From Raillietiella orientalis (lineage: Eukaryota): 64,000 nucleotides of DNA. A program made the position numbers and the translations under genes. Each line of letters begins with the position of its first letter. The first letter of the stretch is position 1. Of the stretch, positions 53,901 to 64,000 are shown in pieces. The notes beneath the pieces are model-generated. The model ran no database searches, had not been told where the DNA came from, and was given only the letters and a program-made list of their open reading frames with translations. The DNA is taken from positions 6,076,001-6,140,000 of the forward strand of contig JAYWIR010000003.1 of assembly GCA_036172245.1 (NCBI GenBank). Direction: 5' to 3'.

Positions 53901-54745
53901 AAGCGGGGGAGCAGTAGGGACCCGGTACTCCCCGAAGATCCCGTCGTTCCTTCGGGGGGCGGCGGCGGACGGGGAGCCTGGAAGCAGGGAAAAAAAAACG
54001 GGATGAGCGGGTGGGCCTTTTGCGAGCCTGAAAGATCCGTGAAGGCCTCTTTCCCACGGAAAGAGGGAAAGGGCCCTGTTGCCCAGGAGAGGGGCCGCGC
54101 CATGGACTCCACAGAGGGCCTGGAAGGCGAATGGTAAGGGGAGGGGGGTGGATAAAGAAATTCCCCTCTCCCTTCCCTCATCTCCCGTCCGGGAGGATGG
54201 CTGTGGTGGCGGCTTTCCTCAGGAGAGAATGCGGGGGCGCTTCGCGCAAGGACTTCCCTTTCCCTTCCTCGCCCGCCTCCTCCCCGATCGCGAACCCCGC
54301 CGTCGACCACGGACGGACGGAGTTCCCCCGAGTTGACACGTTTGCCTCCCGCGCGCGCGAACGCTTGCAAGTCGCCATGCCGAGCAGGAAGGAGGGAGAA
54401 GGAGTGGCGGTCCCCTGAGAGACTGAAGGGAGGCTGGACGGCTCGGAGGGGAGGGGTGGGGGGCTCTGCAGGAGACGAGGCTGCCCTCAACACTTCGTGG
54501 GGTGTGCAGAGATCTTCCTCCATCTCATCCTCCTCCTCGTCTTCCCACGTCCCCGTCGCGAGCGGGGTGGGTCCGTCCCGCTCCCTTCCTGTCGGGAGCG
54601 CGTCCCTCACGGTGCGGACGCTTCCCGTCACCGTCGCCTCACGCGCGCGAGGAGTCGAGTCATGCTGGGAGGAAGACGGGCGCCTGGCGACGGCATCCGC
54701 AGCGAGATGCGCGCGCAAGCGAATCGCCGTCCTCGGAGCTGCCGG
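51000..54745 (-). CDS. Single-pass transmembrane mucin-like protein with a juxtamembrane SEA domain; 5' end not found. Exons: 54745-54058 (tentative), 53977-52378, 52319-52001, 51939-51872, 51812-51649, 51583-51447, 51386-51000
   Basis: All seven exon phases close (3363 nt). A Pro/Ala/Glu/Thr-rich ectodomain precedes the SEA domain CRELCRLAATLRVVHGEEWRPELLDRNTEHWKRLAGTLEKE|LDAVYRSSVLSDWYAGVQIDGFL|KGSVLVDYFVVF..., with a GSVxV motif. A TM segment WGFAVIGVGSASLAFVLLFLLVA|VVC is followed by a basic stop-transfer sequence (KTRK) and a cytoplasmic tail ending GPLDF*. Confidence 0.85.
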
Positions 54746-57700
54746 CTGGGCGGTGACCGGAAAGAGGCGGTCCGGCCGAGAGGAGCGCCCAGGAGCGCGT
54801 GCGCGAGAGCGAACGCAGGAAGAAACTCCCGGAGGCGGTGCCCTCCCACCTTCGCCACCGCGACCACCGTCTGGGGTGCGCGCTCGGTCGCTCCTGGTTC
54901 CCGGAGGAGCTTGTTTCCATGTGACCCGAAAGGTCGGTCATGGGCACGCTCGCCAACGGAAGGGGAGGGAGGGAGGGTTTTTTCTGCCCGCCTCCTTCTC
55001 GCCCAGGGTCCCGCCCACCTTCCTCCTGGGTACGGACCATCCCGATCTACCAGTGGGGCACCAGCACGGACTGGCTTCTCCGTCTTGCTCCTCCTCCGGA
55101 AAAAGCAGAGAGGGGCGGGGGGGGGGGGGAAGGAGCGTGAGAGGGCGATCCCCGCTCGGCGCGTTGCGCAGCGCACCATTCGTCCCCCCCCCTTGTCAGC
55201 AAAGGGAATGGAGAGCGGGTCCGCGCGCGCCCCGTGCACCCGCACAGGCGAGTTCGCCGACGCAGTCGCCGCGAGGCGCTCTCCGCGTGCGCCCGGCAGC
55301 GCGTGCGGACGCGAGCGCGACGGCGTCTCCGCGGGGGCTCTCTCTCGCGGCTCCCCTCCCTCCCCCCTTCCCGTGCAGTCCGCGCATGCGCCTCGACAGT
55401 CCCTCGGAAACCGAAAGAAAGGCGCCCTCCCTCGAGTGGCAGCATCCTCTCTGCGACCCGAACGGCGCGGACCCCGGGGACGGGCCTCCGGGGTCCGCGC
55501 CGCAAGGGGCGGGCGTGTGCGCGGCGGGAACGGAGCCGTGGCCCGCGCTCCAAGACGGGGCCTTCCCTCCTGCCATTAGGGCTGAACGGTAGGGGGCCCG
55601 TCGTGCGGCTCCGCCACTCTTCTTCTGCCGTCCCTTGGTCCTTCAGGCGCCAAGGCCACGCCCGTCGCGGGCAGAGAGTTTTGAGCTCGGAAGGCCTGCA
55701 CTTTCCTCGCTTACGGGAGGCTTCGGGCTCCTGGACGGTTTCCAGAATGAATCACGCGTTCCGCTTGCGGGGAGATTGCTTCGCTCACGTAACCAAGGCA
55801 GCCACGGCCACGGAACAAAGGCAAGGGAGGGCAGAAACCCGAATGGGTCTGAGCGTGTTCGCCTCACGCGCGGTGTCGTACACTTACGAAAACGCGTTGC
55901 GGCATTCGCTGCGATTCGGCTCATGCAATCGGCAGGGCTGCCTTGAAAGGCGGCTGTTGCACGATCGCGAGCAGCCTACTGGGAAGAGACTTTTGTGATG
56001 CAGAGGGAGGCAGCGTGCAGGAAACTGCTGGTGTGACGCGAACTGCCCCGGAGGAAGGGCCCCGGCTCAGACGGACACCCTGAGACGGGCATCCGCTGAG
56101 ACGCGAGAGTCTGCCGCCGCGCTGTGACGAAGAGAATTTGGCAGCGCGGATCCCGGGGCGAGAACCGAATTCTGCGGGGGAGCTCCGGAGCGTCGTCGTC
56201 CTTAGCAACGCGCTGCGTTCCCTCGTGTCCGGGGGAAGTTGTCGGGCGCGCGCACGCACCGCGAGCCGCCGCGGCCGGGTGGGCGCTTCTCTCTCTCCGG
56301 CAGGGGGGCATCGGCGCTGCGCTGGGCGAGGTCCGCAGTCCCTCCCTTTCCGCACAGAGCAGCCGGGTCACACCTGACGGCGACTTCCTCTTTGCGGCAA
56401 AGGAGCTTTTTATGGACGCGGGGCCTCTTTTTCTGGCGAAAAAAATCATTTTGGAGTGTTTCCGCGGAGTGGACTTCGTCCCACTTTCTCCGCACTCGTT
56501 TTCGGCTCGCGTGTCGGGTTGCGGGGGCGGAGGCACGTATCTCTGGAAACGAACCCGAGGGGGAGACTCCCGGAACCATCCACCCGACACGGGGCTGTGC
56601 CATGAGCAGGCGAAGGGAGCGAACCGGAGAGGCCGCGGTCTCCTGCCCTTCGGAGATGCATCGGCGCCCTAAGGTCGGGAAATCCGGGTCTTGGCGAAGG
56701 AGACGGCTGGGGCGAGGGGGGAATCCACCTGGGTACTGGGGTCGGGCAAGAGAAGGCGGGAAAACGGTCTAGGACACAGACCAACGGGTCTTCTTGGCGT
56801 GGTTGGTCCGTCGGCCGAGACCGCCGCGGCCAACTTGCCGGAGGGGACGCGGGGTGGCTGAAGTGGGGGTGGTGGCAGCTTCACGCTCTGCCGCTCCTGG
56901 CTTTCCTTGCCGCGGAGCTGCCAGGGCGGAGGAACTCCCGGAAAGCAGCCACATAACGGAAGAGACTGTGGGAAAATCCGGCCACTTTCCCTTGGTGCGC
57001 GACGGGAGGTGGGCAGCACGCCCGTGTGGGGACATCCGGCCGAAGACACCCGAAGTGTCGCATGGAGACGGCGATACGCTCGAAGGCCGCAGCGGATCAG
57101 GGCTGGGTGGGCGGCGGTGGCCTCCTCGATGTCCTGCGCCCCACTTGGACACGAGGGGGGATGACGCCATCGCAGAGCGGATGGCATCCGTCCCGGAGTG
57201 ATTTGGTGGAGCGAAAAAGGGAACGGGACGACGGCAAGGGGAGGGAGGAAACATTCACCCTTTCGGGAAAGCCAGTGCCGGTGGACGCCGCGCGGGCGGA
57301 CAGTGGCCTTCCCCTCGCTTCGCCCTTCACTCCCTTTTCGAGGAGGACTGCGCCTTCCGGGAGACGCAGGGAAGGAGGGAGACCCGCTCTCGACGAGACC
57401 CACGGGCGCATCTGCCCCGTTTGGCGGCGCGCAGGGACGCGCATCCCGCGGACGCGCCGCACGACGGCCGAGCGAGCGACCTCGCCCGTGGGAAGTGCCT
57501 CCGGGATGGAGCGGCTCCTAAAGAGGCAGCGCCGTTATGCTGCTGGGGCGAAAAGGGAGTTTCCCCTAGACGCTGGGAGGAGGGGCGGGCGTCCCTTTCC
57601 TTCGCCGGTCACCGGCGGCTGCGAGGGCGTTCCCGGGGCGTTCCCCCGTCCGGTGTGGCGCCGCCTCTCCCCCCCTCCGCTCCCTAGCGGGACAAAAGGG

Positions 57701-60700
57701 AGCCGGGAATAAGCGGGAGTAGAGCCGTCCGGAACAGCGTGGCGTTCCCCCCTTCCTTTCCCTTCCTGCCGCGGGACCGAGTCCTCTTGCACCTCGCGAG
57801 CGGCAGCCGCCCACTTTCATGCTTGGGTCTCCATGGTAAACGCAAGGCGCTTATCGGCTGCATTAAAATCTCATTTTCTGTTTTGGTCCATGGACAAGAA
57901 GGTGGAGAACATTCCTCCGTCTCCCCTCCCCCTCCCTCCCTCTCTCCCCATGCGCCCGCCGCCACTCCCCTCCTCCTTTTCCGAAAAAAAAAAAAAAGTT
58001 GAGAAATCTCTTGCGCAAGGTTCTCCCGGGTGACCAATCGCCCTGAAGGCAGCGCCACCTACCGGCACACGAAGGAAATCTCCCCCCTCCCAAATCGCAG
58101 AGTTCGCCGCTCGGAAATTCCTGGCCGCGGGAGCGCCTGGGGAAAGGCGCTCCCGCTGCTTCCCATCCGGAGACCTACCCCACCCTCCCGGACCGGAGGT
58201 TCAGCAGGGAGGTGCCTCCATCGGGGATGACGGCGCCCTGCTGCTGCAGGCGAGGGCCGGTTGCCCTCTCGATCGGTCGGGGAGCCTCTTCGCGACGGCG
58301 TTCCGCCGGCAGCGTTCACGGAGCGGCCATCTTTGGGAGGGGAAGGAAGCATCAAACGGAGGACATCTTTTGGGAGCTGTCCCAAGGAAGGACGTCCTAG
58401 GGTGGCGACGAGGAGCGCACTTTCTCTCCCCCGCAGATCCCCTCCTCATAACCGCTCCTCCCTTCCGAACTCTCCTCGGAGGCTTTCGCATCCCGAGCTT
58501 CCGCGCCACGTGGTCCAGGCGATTATTTCCTACGCCACCTCAGTGGCTTCTGGGGGGAGGGAGAGGGAAGAGTGGGCTGCGAGGTTCTTCCTACAGCCAC
58601 CTCCCTCCCTCTCCCCCTGAGCTTCCAGCGGGGCGGAGGCGCGTTGCTCGGCGCGAATTCTCGGAAGGCGCTCTTTCTGTCTGCCTGCTCCTTGGGGCCA
58701 GGGAGGTTCCGGACGGAGGATGGAATATGCTGGCAAGGTGGACCAATGCGCGCAGTCCTCGAGGAGGAGGAAAGGAGGGAAGGAAGGGGGAGGAGGAAGA
58801 TGGGAAGGTGGACGCAAAAAGAATCCCCCAGCCTTCCCGGAAGGGCGCCTGACATCCGTCCACGCTCGTCTGAAATGATGAGCCTCCCACGCTTCAGAGG
58901 AGGGAAAGCAGGATCGCAATGAGGGGTGGAAGTGCTGCTAAGGGAGGGAGGGGGTGTCAACCCTGGAAATGATGTAGCCGTTCGGCGGTGGCACTCTCAG
59001 CCTTCTCGGGCGGCGTCGAGCGCTGCCGAAGCTCTCTGGTGCACCCCCACACCCTACCCCTTGTCCTCAGCCCACTGCCTGCCGGTGGCGAGCGCTCCAC
59101 GCCATCGAGGAGGAGAGGAACTGAGGAAGCAGCGAGGGACCGAGGGGAGCTGATTCCCCCCTTCCTACTCACCCCTCCAGTCGGAGTTTCGCAGGGGATG
59201 GGGACGTCGGTCCTGAAGTTCGGAGGTCAAATTTCCCCTCAAAATCTCTGCTGCTCCCTTTCCCCTCCTCGCCACGCACGCAGAGAGAGCCGATGGGCGC
59301 GCCATGCGTCCGCATCTACCGCACGCGGTACAAGGCCGGTAGGAGCCTGGGGTGAGGCGTGGGGAGCGCTGCACCGAGGTCGATTTCCGGAGGAGGCGGG
59401 CTGTCCCTTCCCTCTGTAAGGGTTTCCTTATGGCGGCGGGGTTCCCTCGGGGCGCAGCGGGCCACTTGAACGACGGGCGGCGCGCGCGCCGTTTTTGTTA
59501 ACCTACCGGCCGTGGAAAGGCGCGGCAGCGCAACCGCAGCGCTCCAGCGAGATTTGCTCGTGCAGGGAGAGAGAGGGGCAATCGGGAGACGAGGTCTCCT
59601 CCTCCTCCTCTTCCCCTCGCCTTCTCGCTCTCCCTGTCTCTCTCCTGCGTGTGCGCGCGTGCGCAAGGAGGGAGGAGTTCGCTGTCGGCAGCTCGCTCGG
59701 GAAGGAGTCGCGCCCGCATGGCGGCAGCGTCGGCGGTGCCATCAGGGCTAATTGGTTGTTTCGTGGGTTCCCCCTCTCACGGGAACGATCTGCAGCGCCC
59801 GCCGACCAGAGGCGAGAGAAGACGGCAGTCGCTTGGAGGCATTTTGCTGGTGGGAACAAGTCGGCGGCGGTGGGTCCCCCGAGCGGACGGCCGCAGTTTC
59901 CCTTGGAGACGGGCCCCGCGGGCTGCGTCCGCCGTCGCCGCAGCGAGGGGAAGCGCCGCCGCGCAACGCTGCGCCGTTGCCGCTCCTTCCGCAGGAAGGC
60001 CGAGGCCTTCCTGCGTCACCGTCCGGAGGAGCCGAAAGGAGCTGTCGGGCGAAGTCTCGCGGACCCGGGGCAGGGACGGGAGGGTGGGAAGAGGAAACGG
60101 GGGGAGGATGTGAGCAGCGGGATTCGGACGGATGAACCGTAAGGAGGGCGCGAGAGATGGCAGGGAGCCATCTGCCTGCTCTTCGGTCGCGTCTCTAAGG
60201 AAGGAGAGACCAGCAGACAGAAGGAGGGAGGGAGGACTCGCCCCGCCCCGTCGGAGACGGAGGTGTCCCTGTTCCCGGTCAGGATCTCGGGTGGACGCCT
60301 CCGCGCCCGCCTCCTCGGGGCGGATCGGCACGCTCGAGAGGACATCGGGGTGGGAGTTTCCCTCTGCTGCTCTTCGCCTTTTCCCTCGGAAGATGCCGAT
60401 TCTTCGGGATGGGATCCTGGAAAAGCGCCTTCGGGTGCCAATGCCCACGGTCCGCTCCCGAGAGAGGTGGTCGCCACGGATAACACCATGAGGCGGGCTC
60501 AGCGGCACCTCCCCGCACTGCCGGACACGCCGGAAGATTTCGGGAGCGCCGGCGAACGTCCACGGTTCTCCCCGGGACCTCGGCGGGAGTCCCGCCAGAA
60601 CGGGAGGAGAAGGAGGGAAAAGATGGAGAAGGGAACCCACTGCCCGGAGCGCCCGACGATCGCACCGTCCTTTGCGCCTCCTCTCCGACTTCCCGTGGGA

Positions 60701-63700
60701 CGTCCCGGACGCGCCGCCCTTCTCCTAGATCAGGAGGAATTGCGAGCGAGGTGGAGGGGACTCGGGACATTCCTCCCGAGGTGCTCTTGCCATGCCTCCT
60801 CCCGTCTCGGGAGGGAAGCGACTTTCCTCAGGGAGTCTCTGCAGGACGAACAGGTGCGCGTGCGACCGGGAAGGGATCTTTGATAGGCGAGGCGTCCGGG
60901 ACCGCCCACGCTCGGCGCGCAGGACTGGGTCAGGCCACAACAAGAGGAAAATCCTCCCAGTCCTCTGTCTCCTCCATGACTGTTGGTCGTCGGGGGAGAG
61001 GCCAGAGGCGACGGCCTCCAACGACCTGCGCCAACGAGGTGTGAGAAGGAGACAACGCCAGCTTTGTTCCCGAGGAACCCTTCGCGAGCGAGCTGCTACC
61101 GTCCTTCCTGGAAGGCTCGCGGCGGAAGCTGGCGTGTCGCGGGACGCAGCCTCCCTCCGAGTCGCTGCTTCTCGCCTTTCTGGTCTCCATTCCCTCTCCC
61201 GGGTTCTCGCAAGCCCGAGGGAGAAGCCGACGCCGGTTGCCGGGTGACCCTTGGTACGACGCAGCCGGGATTCTTCCCGGATGACTTTCTCTCCTTCGAG
61301 GAGGGAGGAGAAGCTTGAAGGGACTGATGTCACCCACCCGGGGAGAGGCGTACTGCAGGAGCCTTAAGCGGGAGCGTGGGGCTCCTGGCGCGCTTCCCTC
61401 GACCCCTCTTCCCACAAGGGAGTTGGGATGGTGGGAGGATCTCCTGGACTGACTCTCTTCGGTTCAGAGGGGAAGGAAGAAAGGAAAAGGAGGAGGAAGA
61501 GAGGGGGAGCGTGTCCACCCCTTCGGAAGTGACGGACGGTCACCTCTCCTCTCCCCTTCCCGGCTTCCCGTCTCGGCGCGTGCGGACGCGCCGGGATGCG
61601 GACGTCGCGCCAAACCGCCCTCCGGGATCTTCGTCGCAGCCCTGGCGGAGGGATGAGAGGAAGAGAAAGAGAAAAACGAGGCAGGGGGAGGAGGACTGTT
61701 CCAGCACCGGCAGTCTGTGGCTTCCGGGAAAGCTCCGCGACCTCGGCGGGAGAACGGGCGAGGGAGGAGTGCCGGAGACCGGATGGGAGTCCCGAGTCTC
61801 CCGAGTAGGTCGCCCCCCTTCTCTTCCGTTAGCAAGCGCGGAGGGAACGGACACGCGGCAGGGTCGTCGCCCAGCAACGGGAGCGCACCCGACCCCCGGT
61901 TTCCAGCACGGCAGGGTCGTTCCTGATCTGGGAGGGGGAGAGATCGAGAGGGGAAGAGCAGGCAGCCGTTGGCGCGCGGTCTTGAGGGCGCGGATGCCAG
62001 GCGCGAGGCGGCGGAGGTGGAAGCAAAGATGAAATTGGGCGTCTTCCCCCCCCCTCCCTCAGCAGCGACTCGCGTCTGGACCTGCTCGAGACTCCCACGG
62101 CGGAGTTGTTCCGTCACGCAGTCTCTCGGAGGAGGCCTTCAACATCCACCTGAAAAGGTCGGCCCCCGGCACACGCGCGCGCTGGCGCGTGCCGCGGGCG
62201 AACCGGCAGCCGTGCCGGCCGGCGTCGTACAATCCCTGCCGGGCGCTCGACGGTGCCTCGGCGGTCCCTCGCGGGAGCGCGTGGCAGGCAGGCAGGCTCC
62301 TCGCTTTTCCCTTGAGCGGCTCCGGGGTGTGGCACAGAGGCGGCGGCGGCGGAAACCTCAGGCATTTTCCTGCTTATTCATGGAGGGTATCCGCCAGGAC
62401 CGAATTCGTGGCTCTGGCACGGCAGCTTAGCAACCGCGCCCAGAACGAGCTCGTTCCTCTCGCTGCTTGCACGAAGGCCGCACTGATTCGGACGTCTGCC
62501 CGGTCGTGATCGGCGGCACTCGAGAGGCGGCTGGAAAAGCGGCTCCCTCGCCTCGCTCCTCCCCCGCAAAATCCGCCTGTCCAGACAAACAAACAAACGG
62601 AGGGGGGAGGTCGCAAAACAAACAGACGAAAAGATGGCGCGCGCGGTTCGTGAAGCAGCTGCGGAGCCACCGCCGTCAAGTGGGCACTGTCCCCTACCAC
62701 GCGGCGGCGATGACGAGGGGACCTGGTCCCACCCGCGAGACCCGACGATGCTTTGCCGCTGTTCGGGAAGGACACGGCGCTGCCCCGGACACCGCTGAGC
62801 AGGACGATCCCTGATCCCGGTGCGTTCGGCGTCCTACCGGACGGGACATCCTGGGGGTTGTCCCTTGGAGCAAAAGCGCTAACAGCCCAAATAGCCGGGG
62901 AGATAAGAGGAGGAACTCGTCCCCCAGATGGTCACGTCAGCTGATCAGCACCCTCCATCCTTTCGAAAGGAGATCGCCGTGACCGGCTGCCACCTACGCT
63001 CCAGAAATTTTCCCGGGAAAAGGGCAAACGCAAGGGTTGGCAGGGAGGACAGTCCGCACGGTGCTAAGGTCGGAGGTCAACGGTTGGAAACCTCGACCGC
63101 CGCACCGCGCCGTTGACAGTCCTTCAGCGCCGCAGCTTCCGCTGACAGCACCTCTTTGCTCGGGGGGCGGACCCGCGCTTGCAGAGCCTGCGAAATCCCC
63201 GCGGCTGCTCTGGACGTCGTCGGGCGCTCCGGGCTTCTTCGCCGGCAGCTAGCGGGCGTGTGGCCGGGGAAAAAAAATCTCGCTGGGGATTTTTCCTCCT
63301 CGGACCCTGGGGGTCTCGAAGGAGGCGCGCAGGCTCCGAGGGCGGCAAGTGAGCGCGGCTCCTTTATCCCCCTCGCGCTGCCACCGCCGCCACCGGGACC
63401 TGCGGCGCTCTCCTGGACTCTCACGAGTCGACGTCACGGCCTGGCGGTTCCCAATGGAGTTATCCGAAGGCACTCTTTGTGGTGGGGTGCGGAGAGGCGC
63501 CACCCGGCGGACCGCCGGAGAGGAGGCGCAAAAGTAGCAGAGTGAAGCGATATGGTCATCTGATCTCGGGAGGAAACAAAAGCAGCGGGAGCTGCCTAGG
63601 GAGATGGTTAATGGTGCGGAACGCGTGCGAGTTCCTCTGGGCAAGGCGAGTGAGCACGCGTCCTGAGCGACCGGCCTCCTCGGGTCGGTTGTCCCGCTTG

Positions 63701-64000
63701 CCTGTGGACGGGCGGGAAAATTCCGTCCCCGGCGCAGCCGCTGCTGCTCCGGGGACGGCCGACTGCGTGGCACGGCACACTGCCGAGGGCGTCGCTGGCC
63801 CCAAGGAAAAAGGGGGGTCCCTTTCGACTCCCGGCGCCCTGGGAAAAAAACGTTCGCAGCCAAAGTTTCATTTTCGCGGAGCTTCCCTCCGGTCCGAGGA
63901 CCCCCCTCTATCTGTGCCCGCCTTCCCCGCGAGGACCCCCGCGCGGGAACGGCAGAAGCGCGCGCCGAGCGCTCGGCAGCGCCTCGCGGAAAATTCGAGG

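Noticed and set aside
50554..55998. Long ORFs such as 50661-51665(+), 52281-53450(+), 54333-55592(+) and 50554-51705(-)
   Set aside because: They are antisense or alternate-frame shadows of the SEA-domain gene, or GC artefacts, with Arg/Gly/Pro-rich composition and no motifs.
56000..64000. Dense ORF track suggesting a prokaryote-like or viral gene cluster
   Set aside because: No operon structure, ribosome-binding sites or recognisable proteins. The adjacent GC-rich gene has spliceosomal introns, so the DNA is eukaryotic.

Overview
Eukaryotic (animal, most likely arthropod) genomic DNA with spliceosomal GT-AG introns. Five protein-coding genes can be reconstructed by hand: PRPF3 (minus strand, 5' part only, runs off the left edge), an IDI1 with an uninterrupted CDS, SMU1 (8 exons, 513 aa), a ~24-kb unsplit KMT2C/D (MLL3/4; Lpt+Trr in one gene), and a minus-strand single-pass mucin-like SEA-domain membrane protein whose 5' end I could not place. 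The most striking property is a two-compartment structure. The first ~42 kb is AT-rich (sampled non-coding lines 25-30% GC), with CpG-depleted gene bodies and very short introns (39-55 nt). The last ~18 kb is GC- and CpG-rich (sampled lines 62-82% GC), with longer minimal introns (58-65 nt). The transition runs as a patchy mosaic through the 3' exons of KMT2C/D. The intergenic AT-rich stretches contain a perfect hairpin, a tail-to-tail pair of decayed paralogous coding ends and faint ankyrin-like relics. Most long ORFs after 46 kb are probably GC-content artefacts. I found no rRNA, tRNA, CRISPR array or intact mobile element. Gene identities come from recalled family motifs, not database searches.
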